The position numbers were made by a program, and so were the translations under genes. From NCBI GenBank assembly GCA_947084835.1, contig CAMTUB010000009.1, positions 21,534 to 85,533 on the forward strand: 64,000 nucleotides of DNA. The letters are read 5' to 3'. Below, one piece after another: positions 37,764-47,652 of this stretch. This stretch comes from an uncultured Bacteroidota bacterium. Lineage in GTDB: Bacteria > Bacteroidota > Bacteroidia > UBA7662 > CAMTUB01. Under the pieces are notes generated by a model. The model saw only the letters and a list, made by a program, of their open reading frames with translations, was not told where the DNA came from and searched no databases. Every line of letters starts with the position of its first letter. The stretch's first letter is position 1.

Positions 37764-38544
37764 TAATTTTGCTCATATCGGCATGAATTAAGCCGTTTGT
37801 TGCAAGTATTTCTCTTCCAAAAAGGGCATTGCTTTCTCCTGAAAAAGTGGTGACTTTTCCACCTGCTTCTTCCACCAATAAAATTCCGGCAGCTACATCC
37901 CAAGCGTTGAGGTTGTATTCGTAAAAACCATCAAACCTGCCAACAGCAACATAGGCTAAATCAATAGCAGCAGCTCCCATTCTACGTACTCCACGAGTAT
38001 GTTGCATGAAATAACTGAGGGTTTTCAGATATTTTTCAGTTTTTTCGAATGCATAATAGGGAAACCCAGTAGCTATTAAGGTTTTACTTAAAACTGGAGT
38101 TTTTGTGCATCGAATTGGATTGTTATTTAAGAAAGCACCTTTGCCCTGTATTGCCCAAAACATTTCTTTCGACAATGGTTCATAAATAACACCTAAAACA
38201 ATTTTATCGTTTTGAATCAAAGCCACGCTAATTGCAAAAAGCGGCAATTTATGCATGTAGTTTGTGGTGCCATCAAGCGGATCAATTATCCAATAGGATT
38301 GACCTTCTGAATTTTTTTGTTCGGTTGTCTTCTCTTCTGTTAAAAATCCTGAATTTGGAAGAATTTGTGAAAGGCCATTAACCAGCATTTTTTCGCTTTC
38401 TATATCAACATACGATACCAAATTATTGAAGTCTTTTTCTTCTATAGCGTCATTTCTAAAATTGCTTCTTTCATGTACTTGAAAAGCACCAACTTCGGAA
38501 ACTAACTCGAGTATGGGCAGGATAAGTTTTTCTAAATCAAGCAT
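37744..38544 (-). CDS. Inositol monophosphatase family protein (SuhB-like)
   Basis: Motifs TEE, WIIDPLDGTTNY and WDVAAG. Converges on and overlaps the GH3 fusion gene by 20 nt. Confidence 0.88.
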   Translation of the reverse strand: MLDLEKLILPILELVSEVGAFQVHERSNFRNDAIEEKDFNNLVSYVDIESEKMLVNGLSQILPNSGFLTEEKTTEQKNSEGQSYWIIDPLDGTTNYMHKLPLFAISVALIQNDKIVLGVIYEPLSKEMFWAIQGKGAFLNNNPIRCTKTPVLSKTLIATGFPYYAFEKTEKYLKTLSYFMQHTRGVRRMGAAAIDLAYVAVGRFDGFYEYNLNAWDVAAGILLVEEAGGKVTTFSGESNALFGREILATNGLIHADMSKIISVCFQ

Positions 38545-40129
38545 GTTTCAATTTTTTATAAGCTATAAATCCAAAGTAAAACATCAGCCCCAATAAGGAT
38601 GCATAATATGCCCAATCGCCAACGGTTGTATACAATGTATGCTTATTGTTCAATGGTAAGTTGGTTGATAAATATCCCTGAACGCCCCAACCTAAAGAGG
38701 TAATCACTTTTCCGTTGGCATCAATAAACCCTGAAATGCCGGTATTGGCAGAACGGGCAATTGGCCTGCGGTTTTCTACTGCTCTAATTCTGGCGTAGGC
38801 AAAATGTTGTTTAAATCCAGGCGAGTTTCCCCACCATCCATCATTCGTTATTATGGCTAAAACTTGCGCACCTTGCTGTACATATTGCCTAACGTAATTT
38901 CCAAACACCGATTCGAAACAAATAATAGGAGCTAATGTTGCTTGTTTATCTTTAAAAACTGCTGTTTCTTTTTGAGAACCTAAAATATCGTTTGTGCCAC
39001 CTAAGGCAACTGCAGCATTTCCAAAATACCCTAAAACCGATGAATAAGGCATTTTTTCAACACCAGCTACGAGTTTTGATTTATGATATGTTTGTATGAT
39101 GAGCGAAGAATCTATAAAAAGCGCATCGTTATAAGAACGTTGAGCAAAACCACGATTTGGATCAACTACAAAGCCATCTGGAATGTTTTCTCCTTGCAAA
39201 TAGGCTTCAATAGAACTTGAACCTATAAGAAGCGAAGCATCAGGATGCTTAAGTATAAAATTACAAATTGGCTTGAATTGCCAATTTGATGCCGAATCTC
39301 TGCTCCACCAAGTGCCTGGCACTGATGTTTCGGGCCACAGAATTAATTTGCTGCCATTTTGATATGCTTTTTCGGATAGAAACAACAACGTATCAAGCTG
39401 ACCTTGAAAATAAGTATCTACAAATTTCTCAGAATACGGGTTGTAGTTGGGCTGTATAACTGCAATTTTAGCAGCACCTTCTGAATTGTCGAGATTGTAT
39501 CGCAAAACAGACCAAATGCTCATTCCAATAAACAAGGAAAGTCCAATTAATGCCCATTTTTGCCTTCGTTTTGCGCTTAAATTTATGTTGCTTTTAATTT
39601 CAAATAAAAGAATGTACAAGCACCAACCTACTGCAATTAATACGGCAGAGCCACCACTTGCTCCAGTATATTCGTACCATTGATATATCGATGGCCAATC
39701 AGCTAAACTGTTTCCTAAAGCAAGCCAAGGGAATTCTAAATCCCAGGTTTGGAGCAACCATTCCATAGGCAACCAAGCAAATAAAAATGGCAATGGACCA
39801 GAATTTGGCCAAACATTTCTGATTTTACGAATAAGCATAAAGCAAATTGCCAGCAGAAAATTTTGCACAATCAAGGCCGCAATAATCCCAGTCCAACTTG
39901 CATTGTATAGCCACCAAACCGTTAAGGTTACCCATGTTGATGTGAAAATAAATGCAAACTGCAATCTTTTTTGGCGTGTATATCCAGTTTGAGTTACTTT
40001 TTCGAGTTGGAATAAGAAGGCTAATCCCAAAGCGGCAAACAACGGGAAAGATATTGGTGGAAACGATACGCTTAGAAAAATTGCCGCAATTAAGCTTAAT
40101 AGAATGGGATTACTCTTTATCTTTTCCAT
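38537..40129 (-). CDS. lnt: Apolipoprotein N-acyltransferase
   Basis: 530-aa ORF with an N-terminal polytopic region plus a CN-hydrolase domain carrying the E/K/C triad context (LWPETS, KSKLVAGVEKMP, ICFESVF). Confidence 0.9.
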   Translation of the reverse strand: MEKIKSNPILLSLIAAIFLSVSFPPISFPLFAALGLAFLFQLEKVTQTGYTRQKRLQFAFIFTSTWVTLTVWWLYNASWTGIIAALIVQNFLLAICFMLIRKIRNVWPNSGPLPFLFAWLPMEWLLQTWDLEFPWLALGNSLADWPSIYQWYEYTGASGGSAVLIAVGWCLYILLFEIKSNINLSAKRRQKWALIGLSLFIGMSIWSVLRYNLDNSEGAAKIAVIQPNYNPYSEKFVDTYFQGQLDTLLFLSEKAYQNGSKLILWPETSVPGTWWSRDSASNWQFKPICNFILKHPDASLLIGSSSIEAYLQGENIPDGFVVDPNRGFAQRSYNDALFIDSSLIIQTYHKSKLVAGVEKMPYSSVLGYFGNAAVALGGTNDILGSQKETAVFKDKQATLAPIICFESVFGNYVRQYVQQGAQVLAIITNDGWWGNSPGFKQHFAYARIRAVENRRPIARSANTGISGFIDANGKVITSLGWGVQGYLSTNLPLNNKHTLYTTVGDWAYYASLLGLMFYFGFIAYKKLKHA

Positions 40130-40787
40130 GAATTACCATTACAAATTCGCCTTTTGGTTCGTTTTTTGTAAAATGTGCCAATACTTCTAAGATTGTGCCT
40201 CTAACCGTTTGTTCAAACTTTTTGGTGATTTCTCTGGAAACAGAAATTAGTCTTTCTTCTCCAAAAAATGGCATCATCTGAGTAAGGGTTTTTACAACCC
40301 TGTGGGGAGATTCGTACAAAACAATAGTTCTATCTTCTTCTGCTAAGCGTTTAAAACGAGTTTCTCTTCCTTTTTTCAAGGGAAGAAATCCTTCGTATAC
40401 AAATTTATCTGTAGGAAATCCTGAAACCGTCAATGCTGGAATTAACGCAGTTGGACCAGGTAAACTTTCAACCTCAATGCCTGCTTTTATGCATTCTCGA
40501 ACCAATAAAAATCCAGGATCAGAAATTCCCGGAGAACCAGCATCAGAGCATAAAGCAATCAGGTTGTTGGCTTCAATTATCGGTATAAGTTTAGCAACAA
40601 GTTGATGTTCATTGTGTTGATGGTACGAGTATTGTTTTTTGCTGATTTCGAAATGCTTAAGTAAAATCCCCGTTGTTCTGGTGTCTTCCGCTAAAATTAC
40701 ATCTGCTTCGCGAAGTGTTCGCAAGGCCCGTAAAGTGATGTCTTCTAAATTACCAATGGGGGTTGGCACCAATACAAGTTTTCCCAT
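40110..40787 (-). CDS. rsmI: 16S rRNA (cytidine1402-2'-O)-methyltransferase RsmI
   Basis: MGKLVLVPTPIGNLEDITLRALRTLREADVILAEDTR is the typical RsmI N-terminus. Confidence 0.92.
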   Translation of the reverse strand: MGKLVLVPTPIGNLEDITLRALRTLREADVILAEDTRTTGILLKHFEISKKQYSYHQHNEHQLVAKLIPIIEANNLIALCSDAGSPGISDPGFLLVRECIKAGIEVESLPGPTALIPALTVSGFPTDKFVYEGFLPLKKGRETRFKRLAEEDRTIVLYESPHRVVKTLTQMMPFFGEERLISVSREITKKFEQTVRGTILEVLAHFTKNEPKGEFVMVIHGKDKE

Positions 40788-40789
40788 TA

Positions 40790-41548
40790 TTACGGTCGAT
40801 AAGGTGTTTTGTTGTTGAGTTTATTCCAAAACCAACGTAAAGTTATATAGCTGTGTGCAAACATGTTTGGTATAAATCCATAATGTTTTTGAAGCACGTG
40901 GTATCTTTCTTTCCAAGCCAATTTAAAGCGTTGACTTGATAAGCCTCCGGTTTTAAATTTACACAGAAGTACATTAGAATTGCAAACCGATTTACATTTT
41001 TTAAGGCTACGAATAACCCAATCCATATCAGCGCAAATTTTAAACGCGGTATTATATTCCTGAATAATATTTTTGTGTATTAAAATGGCTTGATGACTTA
41101 CGTTCATGCCATATCGAAACGATTGCCATGAAAGAGTTTCTGGATGATCAACCCGAAGCATTAGATCTGCATAATTGTCGTCAATTATCATTGCTTTGCC
41201 GTAAATTAAGTCAGCATTTGAGCAGTTTTTAAAAACATCGTTCAACACTTCAGGATAAGAAATGGTGTCGCCTGCATTTATAAACCAAACGTAATCTCCT
41301 GTCATTAACCGTATGCCTTTGTTCATGGCATCGTAAAGTCCTTTATCGGGTTCAGACACAAATGAAGTTATGATGTTTGCGTACTGGTTTATGATTTCTT
41401 GGGTGCCATCTTTCGAGTTTCCATCAATAACGATGTACTCTATATCGGGGTATTTAAGCGTTTTAATGCTTTTTAATGTGTGCTCAATTTCGGTTTTACC
41501 GTTATAAACAACTGTAATAATACTAACCTTAGGCTTTTGCTGCAACAT
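40790..41548 (-). CDS. Glycosyltransferase family 2
   Basis: VSIITVVYNG...YIVIDGNSKDGT...DKGLYDAMNKG...FINAGD is a GT-A pattern. Confidence 0.85.
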   Translation of the reverse strand: MLQQKPKVSIITVVYNGKTEIEHTLKSIKTLKYPDIEYIVIDGNSKDGTQEIINQYANIITSFVSEPDKGLYDAMNKGIRLMTGDYVWFINAGDTISYPEVLNDVFKNCSNADLIYGKAMIIDDNYADLMLRVDHPETLSWQSFRYGMNVSHQAILIHKNIIQEYNTAFKICADMDWVIRSLKKCKSVCNSNVLLCKFKTGGLSSQRFKLAWKERYHVLQKHYGFIPNMFAHSYITLRWFWNKLNNKTPYRP

Positions 41549-42785
41549 TCGAAAATAAGGTTAGGTATTTTTGTGCAATTATTTCATTCGAAAATGTAGA
41601 AAGTACTTTAGTTCTAGCATTTTCTGACAATTTAGAAGCATCATCAAGTTTTAAAAAATCGGAAATACTTACTGCTAATGCTTTGCTAGTAGTTTCTGAT
41701 GCAATAAGTCCGTTTTGTAAATGATTTACCATTTCTGGTATTCCTCCGGTATTAAATCCAATAACAGGAGTTCCACAAGCAAGTGATTCCATTACGGTAT
41801 TGGGTAAATTATCTTCTAAAGAAGGAATAATAAACGCATCTGAAGCAACATAAGCTGCTTTAATTTTTTCAGGATCGGTTTGATATCCTAAAAAATGCTT
41901 CTTCATTTTTATAGAAGCTAGTGCTTCGGGATTTGCTTTTCCTAAAATTACCAACTCTGATTCTACAATTGTTTTTGGATCTATTAACTGTAAAGCATCA
42001 ATCAAAAGTTGCATGCCTTTGCGTGGGTCTTGCGTATTAAATGCTACAAAAAGCAATAACTTTTTGTGTTTCGGAAGAGCCAATATTTCTCGTGCTATCT
42101 CTTTTTTATAGGGTGCATAAAACTGCGCATCAATGGGGTTTGGGATAACTTCGATGTTGCAGTTTTCAAATAGGCTGCTATTTTTAGCTAAGGATGCTAG
42201 CCAGTTGCTCGGGGTAATAATGGTAGGTTTGTATGTGTCAAATAAAAGCTTTTTCCACTTCCACTGAACATTGGATCTGTCGGTTTTGCCAGATTTTTTT
42301 AACGCTGGACAAGTGTTGCATTCCGTTTTATAATTAGTGCATTCGCCTGCATAATGACAGCCTCCCGTAAATGCCCACATATCATGTAGGTGCCAAATAA
42401 TGGGCTTTTTTAATGCAAATAATCGCTTGATTGATACTGCATTCATCAATCCATGGTTAATCCAATGTAAATTGATAACATCTGCTTCGGCAATTTTAGG
42501 CTGTAGGGTTAAATCGTATCCTAAAAAATTATCCGAAAATTGAATGTTCGTTTCGTTACAAATATATTTTTTGAAATAAGAATATTCTATGGCTTGTAAA
42601 AACTTGAAAACCTTCTTATCCCAAGCATCTTTAAAAATAGAAATAGCTATTGGAAAGCGGCTTTTTTTTTCGGCAACCAACACAGTAACTTCTGCATTTT
42701 GAGCTTGAAGTGCATTCGCCAAACGAAGGCACGCAATTGCTGCACCACCCGTTTGGTCACTGGTATTTACCAGTACTATTTTCAA
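41529..42785 (-). CDS. Glycosyltransferase (GT-B, family 4-like)
   Basis: 418-aa ORF with C-terminal motif SLEDNLPNTVMESLACGTPVIGFNTGGIPEMV. Confidence 0.8.
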   Translation of the reverse strand: MKIVLVNTSDQTGGAAIACLRLANALQAQNAEVTVLVAEKKSRFPIAISIFKDAWDKKVFKFLQAIEYSYFKKYICNETNIQFSDNFLGYDLTLQPKIAEADVINLHWINHGLMNAVSIKRLFALKKPIIWHLHDMWAFTGGCHYAGECTNYKTECNTCPALKKSGKTDRSNVQWKWKKLLFDTYKPTIITPSNWLASLAKNSSLFENCNIEVIPNPIDAQFYAPYKKEIAREILALPKHKKLLLFVAFNTQDPRKGMQLLIDALQLIDPKTIVESELVILGKANPEALASIKMKKHFLGYQTDPEKIKAAYVASDAFIIPSLEDNLPNTVMESLACGTPVIGFNTGGIPEMVNHLQNGLIASETTSKALAVSISDFLKLDDASKLSENARTKVLSTFSNEIIAQKYLTLFSNVAAKA

Positions 42786-43726
42786 ACGTTTAGGCCTTTT
42801 AATCCACTAATCATGGTGGCAATCATAGCGTTTAAATCATAGCTATGATTCCAGCCCCATTGTGTTCTTGCTTCAGAATCGTCAATTACTGCAGGCCAAC
42901 TGTCTGCTATGGCTTGTCTGAAATCAGGTACATATGAAATCTCAAAACCAGGAATTTTCTCTGCAATGGCTGCAGCCAATTCAGCAGGAGTGAAGCTTAT
43001 AGCTGCAATATTATAGCTTGTTCTTACTTTAACTTTTTCTGAAGGAGCGTTCATTAAATCAATGGTTGCATTGATTGCATCGTCAATATACATCATGGGC
43101 AAACGCGAATCTGCATTTAAAAATGAGGTAAAAATACCATCAGACAATGCTTTATGGAAGATGTCAATAGCATAATCGGTTGTTCCACCACCTGGAGGAG
43201 ATTTGTAGCTTATTATTCCCGGATATCGCAAACTGCGAACATCTAATCCAAATTTTTCGAAGTAATATCTGCACCACAATTCACCCGCCATTTTACTGAT
43301 GCCGTAAACCGTATTTGGATCCATAACGGTGTCTTGCGGAGTATTCATTCGAGGTGTTGTTGGTCCAAAAGCAGCAATAGAGCTAGGCCAATACACTTTC
43401 TCAATTTTGTATTTTACGCTTAAATCCAACACATTTAAAAGCCCATCCATATTTAACTGCCAAGCAAATGCGGGATTTTTCTCGCCTGTTGCAGACAATA
43501 CTGCAGCTAAATGATAAATCTGGGTAATGTTATTGGCTTGAATAATGTATTCTAATAATGCTTTATTTAGTACATCAATTTCGATGAAATTGCGCTTTAT
43601 GGTTGGCTGTTGATTTTTTAAATCGGAAGCAAATATATTTTCGACTCCGTAAAGCTGAATTAAACGAGCAGTCAATTCTGACCCAAGTTGACCTTCAGAG
43701 CCTATGATTAATATTTTAGGTAGCAT
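42782..43726 (-). CDS. Extended-SDR NAD-dependent epimerase/dehydratase family protein, L-threonine 3-dehydrogenase-like subgroup
   Basis: IIGSEGQLG Rossmann motif and catalytic YGISK. GGGTTDYAIDIF and PDFRQAIADSWP segments match TDH-type SDRs as I recall them. Confidence 0.7.
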   Translation of the reverse strand: MLPKILIIGSEGQLGSELTARLIQLYGVENIFASDLKNQQPTIKRNFIEIDVLNKALLEYIIQANNITQIYHLAAVLSATGEKNPAFAWQLNMDGLLNVLDLSVKYKIEKVYWPSSIAAFGPTTPRMNTPQDTVMDPNTVYGISKMAGELWCRYYFEKFGLDVRSLRYPGIISYKSPPGGGTTDYAIDIFHKALSDGIFTSFLNADSRLPMMYIDDAINATIDLMNAPSEKVKVRTSYNIAAISFTPAELAAAIAEKIPGFEISYVPDFRQAIADSWPAVIDDSEARTQWGWNHSYDLNAMIATMISGLKGLNV

Positions 43727-43742
43727 GTATATGCAGTGATAG

Positions 43743-44495
43743 TTAAATTAAGTCGCTTGTTTTCTTAACCTGCATCACAACGTTATGATATAAATCGCGT
43801 TTGCGAGGCAGTAAAAACGATAACAAAATTAATACAATGTTTAATGGAGATAGAATAAAAGCAATAGCAATGTTTACATATTTATTTTTTGTAGTAAACA
43901 GCTCGTATATATACGTTATAAAAAGTTGACATAATGTTTCGGCAAAATGGGTAGTTAATATCGTTTTTTCAACAACAAAACCAGTTTTTCCCATGATAGA
44001 TGCTAATCCAAACCTAGAATATCTGCCAAAATCGTAAGGAGTTTCATGTTCGTTCCACACAAATGGGGTGCTAAAAATCATAACTCCATTGGGTTTTAAA
44101 ACCCGATTTATTTCGACAAGCATTTCGTTTAAGTTAAAAACATGCTCAAATACTTCGGATGAAAATACCGAATCGAAGGTGTTGCTTTCAAAAGGAATGG
44201 TTTTACCATCGTAAAAAACATCTATTTCTTCTGTTTGATGCGAGTGTCCTTCGTTTTCTATGTCTACGCCAATGTATTCATTTACCTTAATAATGGATTG
44301 GTAGGGCTTAGCACCACATCCAAAATCCATCATTTTCCCGTGTAATGCTGGTGTTAAAGATTTAAGTGCTTTATATAATCTCCAACGTATAATAAAATAA
44401 GGATTTATAAAAACACTATACCATTGCGGTATGAATTGTTGTTTTTTATATGCCTTTAATAAACTCATTCTAAAGCGATTTTCTATAAACTCCAA
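43743..44495 (-). CDS. Class I SAM-dependent methyltransferase with C-terminal TM segments
   Basis: Motif I MMDFGCGAKP. A post-I acidic residue and VLKPNGVMIF. Hydrophobic C-terminus. Confidence 0.75.
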   Translation of the reverse strand: MEFIENRFRMSLLKAYKKQQFIPQWYSVFINPYFIIRWRLYKALKSLTPALHGKMMDFGCGAKPYQSIIKVNEYIGVDIENEGHSHQTEEIDVFYDGKTIPFESNTFDSVFSSEVFEHVFNLNEMLVEINRVLKPNGVMIFSTPFVWNEHETPYDFGRYSRFGLASIMGKTGFVVEKTILTTHFAETLCQLFITYIYELFTTKNKYVNIAIAFILSPLNIVLILLSFLLPRKRDLYHNVVMQVKKTSDLI

Positions 44496-45402
44496 CCACG
44501 GTATGGCTTATAGGAACAATTTCTGGACGCAAGCCTTTTGCAAATAAAAGTGCTGGGAAATAGGCTATGGCTTTTGCAAATTTGTTAAAGAATCCCATAG
44601 TCAATGGCTCGTATTTTACGCCACAAATTTTGTAAATGGAATGTTGATAAACCTGAAATGCGTAATCGAAATAATGCATTGGGCTTAAAGGGTCGTGATG
44701 CACAGTAACAGTTTCTAAACCAAATATGTTGCCCACTGCGTGCATGGCTTCATTTTTCCAACGGGTAATATGGTGCGGAGGAAGGTTTAATGCTAAATTA
44801 AACGACTTAGAAATATACGAATTCTCAGAAGGAACAGCAAAAATTAATAAACCACCGGGCTTTAATGCATCGGTTTTTGCCTGCAAAAACCCTCGAACAT
44901 CGGTTACATGCTCAACCACTTGAAAACTACAAACCACATCGTACTTTTCTTTGTTTTCTAGGGCATGATCAACAATATCTTCATTTAAAATAGTAATACC
45001 TTTTAAGGCAGCCATTTCTTTTGCTTTCTTGCTAAAATCAAGTCCGGTATAACTGGCACATTTTACCAATTGGGCAAATGCACCTTTTCCACTTCCTACT
45101 TCAAGCACTTTATCCGAAGCTTTAATATGCTTTAAGGCATAATGAAACTCAGGTTTGTCGTCCATGTAATACCAATTATAATGCTGCAAGGCATTGTAAA
45201 AAGCTTCATCTCCTGCTGCTTCGGGGTCGTAAAATCGTAAATTGCAGTGCATGCAATCAACTAAATCTAGGTTTTCACGGCCTTTAAAAAGGTGTTTTAC
45301 AGGAGTGTTATACAATTGCTTATATAATGCATCTATATCGTTTACCGGAAAAGTGTGTGCGATTTTAAGTTGCTCACTTTTACATAATGGGCATGCTAGC
45401 AT
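44470..45402 (-). CDS. Class I SAM-dependent methyltransferase with N-terminal Cys4 zinc-ribbon
   Basis: CPLC...CMHC at the N-terminus. Motif I VLEVGSGKGAF, and ALKPGGLLIF. Confidence 0.75.
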   Translation of the reverse strand: MLACPLCKSEQLKIAHTFPVNDIDALYKQLYNTPVKHLFKGRENLDLVDCMHCNLRFYDPEAAGDEAFYNALQHYNWYYMDDKPEFHYALKHIKASDKVLEVGSGKGAFAQLVKCASYTGLDFSKKAKEMAALKGITILNEDIVDHALENKEKYDVVCSFQVVEHVTDVRGFLQAKTDALKPGGLLIFAVPSENSYISKSFNLALNLPPHHITRWKNEAMHAVGNIFGLETVTVHHDPLSPMHYFDYAFQVYQHSIYKICGVKYEPLTMGFFNKFAKAIAYFPALLFAKGLRPEIVPISHTVVGVYRKSL

Positions 45403-45442
45403 GTATCAGAAATTATGCGAAAATACGTTTAAATCTAAATTA

Positions 45443-46342
45443 TTAACCAATGATCTGTTTTACTTTGCTTTTTAATTTTAGCACAAATGGAATGGTAAAT
45501 ACATTGTCGAACCCTAATCTGTCGGCTTTAAGGTTTACTTCGATTTTTTCAGGAGCCGAAAAATCGGTAATCGGTGTGATTTTATAATTTTCTAAAAAAC
45601 CACCTGCAAAAGCGTGGGTAGTTTGCCCCTCTAAACCAATGTTTCTGACTAAATTATTCCAAGGAAGTACCGCCATTCCATGGTTAATCCAAACTGAATA
45701 CGTCCAACGATAATCCCAAACAAACTGACCTTCATGGGTTTTATCGAACTTTTTAGTCCAATATTTTTCGGCTTTATTGTAGTTTAATATCGATTTTAAG
45801 TGGTTTTCTTTTTTTGCGTTTGGCCATTTTTCTAACAGAGGGTCATACATTTTCCAAGCGCGCCTCCAACTGGCCCAACCCCAAATATGATTATACCGCG
45901 AAAAGAAATAACTGTTTCCTTTTTCAGCATTGTTATCTTGATAAGAGTTGCCTCCAATATGCATTATCTGCTCGTTGGTTTCATATTTCGCAAGCATTTT
46001 GTCGCAAAATGTAAAAAAAGAAGGGTCTGGCAAACAATCGTCCTCTAAAACTATTCCATCTTCTTCATTGTCAAAAAACCAGGATATTCCTTTAGTAACA
46101 GATTTTAAACATCCTAGGTTTTCTGTGTTAAACTGAGTTGAAACTTGGCAAGGCCAATCAATTTTGCTGCAAATTTCTTTTACCAAATTAATATTGGCAA
46201 CGTCATCGGGTCTGTTTTGACGCGGACCATCAGCGTTAATGTATAATTTTATCGGTTGTGCTTCACGTATGGCTTCGAAAACTCGGGCTGTGGTGTCAGG
46301 TCGATTAAAAACTAAAAATAAAATAGCTCTTTCCAGTTGCAT
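45443..46342 (-). CDS. Nucleotide-diphospho-sugar transferase (GNT-I / HlpA-like glycosyltransferase)
   Basis: ILFLVFNRPDTTARVFEAIREAQPIKLYINADGPR... and LEDDCLP (DxD-like). Confidence 0.55.
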   Translation of the reverse strand: MQLERAILFLVFNRPDTTARVFEAIREAQPIKLYINADGPRQNRPDDVANINLVKEICSKIDWPCQVSTQFNTENLGCLKSVTKGISWFFDNEEDGIVLEDDCLPDPSFFTFCDKMLAKYETNEQIMHIGGNSYQDNNAEKGNSYFFSRYNHIWGWASWRRAWKMYDPLLEKWPNAKKENHLKSILNYNKAEKYWTKKFDKTHEGQFVWDYRWTYSVWINHGMAVLPWNNLVRNIGLEGQTTHAFAGGFLENYKITPITDFSAPEKIEVNLKADRLGFDNVFTIPFVLKLKSKVKQIIG

Positions 46343-47431
46343 TTAACAAAGGTAAACGTACAAACTCAAGTAAATGTTTGCAAATTTGCATTTGTGTTTC
46401 GTATCGATAAAGAAAAACGAATTTATTTCGCCTCGTTAGTAGCTAGTAAGTTAATAAATGCTCGAAAAAAGCCTGTTAAAAGCCTTATAAAGCGTATTTT
46501 GATTATTAGACTAGATGAAATTGGCGATATGGTGGTTTCTTTGCCTGCTATTGATCTTTTAATTGCTGAATATCCCAATTCAGAAATTGTAATTTGGTGC
46601 AGGCCTTTGGCTGGCACTTTATTGAAGGGCAAACCTGGTATTAGCCAAATAGTACATAGCCAGAAAGAGTTAAAAGGCAAGTTTGATGCAGTTGTTGAGC
46701 TTCGAGGAAATTGGGAAACCTTAAAATACGCGTTGAAAAACAGGCCTAAGTACAGGTTAGATAGAGGTTTAATCCGATTTAAAAATAAGTTTGCGAATAG
46801 TGGCGTGCATCCCCATGAAGTAATTACGGCTGTTCAAATTGTTTCACCATTGCTTTCTATCACACCTGAAAATCCTGTATTAACTATTCATATCCCGCAA
46901 AAAAACAAACACAATGCAGAGTTGTTTCTTCAACGCAATGTGATTTCTGATTTTTCTATTTTGCATATTGGAGCTGGGAAAGCATTAAGACGTTGGTCGT
47001 TAGCAAATTTTATACAAACAGCAAAATGGCTTTACGAAACTAAATCATTGGAGGTTGTTTTTGTAGGTTCTTCATCCGATTTAAATCAAATTGAAAAAAT
47101 TCAGAAAAACCTTGGTTTTAAAACCTTTGGTTTTGTTGCCGATTATAGTTTGTTAGATTACGCTGCATTAAGCACGCACTGTAAAATAATGATTGGGAAC
47201 GAAAGTGGCCCAATGCATATTTCTGCTGCAAGTGGAGCGCCAGTTATTGCTCTTTTTGGTCCTGGTGAGCCTCATATATTCAGGCCTTGGTCTGATAAAG
47301 CGTTGGTTTTACATCACAAATTAGAGTGCAATCCATGCAACCAAATTGATTGTGTTTTACCTCTAAATCCATGCATCAATCACATAACATTAGATGAGGT
47401 AAAACAGGCAGTAGAAAAGTTAGTTTTTTAG
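46337..47431 (+). CDS. Glycosyltransferase family 9 (heptosyltransferase-like); start uncertain
   Basis: ILIIRLDEIGDMVVSLPAI and GNESGPMHISAASGAPVIALFGP motifs. The track start is a TTG overlapping the divergent gene. An in-frame GTG about 60 nt downstream is equally possible. Confidence 0.8.
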   Translation: MHLTKVNVQTQVNVCKFAFVFRIDKEKRIYFASLVASKLINARKKPVKSLIKRILIIRLDEIGDMVVSLPAIDLLIAEYPNSEIVIWCRPLAGTLLKGKPGISQIVHSQKELKGKFDAVVELRGNWETLKYALKNRPKYRLDRGLIRFKNKFANSGVHPHEVITAVQIVSPLLSITPENPVLTIHIPQKNKHNAELFLQRNVISDFSILHIGAGKALRRWSLANFIQTAKWLYETKSLEVVFVGSSSDLNQIEKIQKNLGFKTFGFVADYSLLDYAALSTHCKIMIGNESGPMHISAASGAPVIALFGPGEPHIFRPWSDKALVLHHKLECNPCNQIDCVLPLNPCINHITLDEVKQAVEKLVF

Positions 47432-47459
47432 TTTGTCTTAAGATGGCAAAGCCTATCCA

Positions 47460-47467
47460 TAGGTTTG
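47460..47467 (+). promoter_or_regulatory. Candidate -7 box (TAGGTTTG) for the small Cys-rich ORF
   Basis: Exact TAnnTTTG, 21 nt upstream of the ATG at 47489. Confidence 0.35.
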
Positions 47468-47488
47468 TATTGTTAAATAAAACAACCT

Positions 47489-47644
47489 ATGAACCAGTTT
47501 ACTTTAGTTTGTCAATGTGTAAATCAATCGCTGCTACAATGCGATGATTTTTGCGAAAATTGTGGATGCACCGTTTGTATGAATTCTGATTTATCTTTTA
47601 ATAACTCAGACGACTTCACAGATTCTTTGATTTGGCTAGCTTAA
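47489..47644 (+). CDS. Putative 51-aa cysteine-rich peptide (not in ORF track)
   Basis: Hand translation gives MNQFTLVCQCVNQSLLQCDDFCENCGCTVCMNSDLSFNNSDDFTDSLIWLA followed by TAA. A-rich pre-ATG context with a -7 box upstream. No homology evidence. Confidence 0.3.
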   Translation: MNQFTLVCQCVNQSLLQCDDFCENCGCTVCMNSDLSFNNSDDFTDSLIWLA

Positions 47645-47652
47645 TTCAGAAA

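Noticed and set aside
42662-42670. A9/T9 homopolymer inside the GT4 gene, with similar 9-nt runs at about 1366-1374 in the SprT-like gene and about 28194-28202 in the M28 gene; considered as phase-variation tracts
   Set aside because: Lys-codon runs of this length are expected in an AT-rich genome. All three frames are intact and there is no supporting evidence of slippage.
47443-47547. 34-codon ORF (MAKPIHRFVLLNKTTYEPVYFSLSMCKSIAATMR) overlapping the Cys-rich ORF in another frame
   Set aside because: The candidate -7 box lies inside it, it has no distinctive features, and the Cys-rich frame is the more striking reading. It cannot be excluded without expression data.
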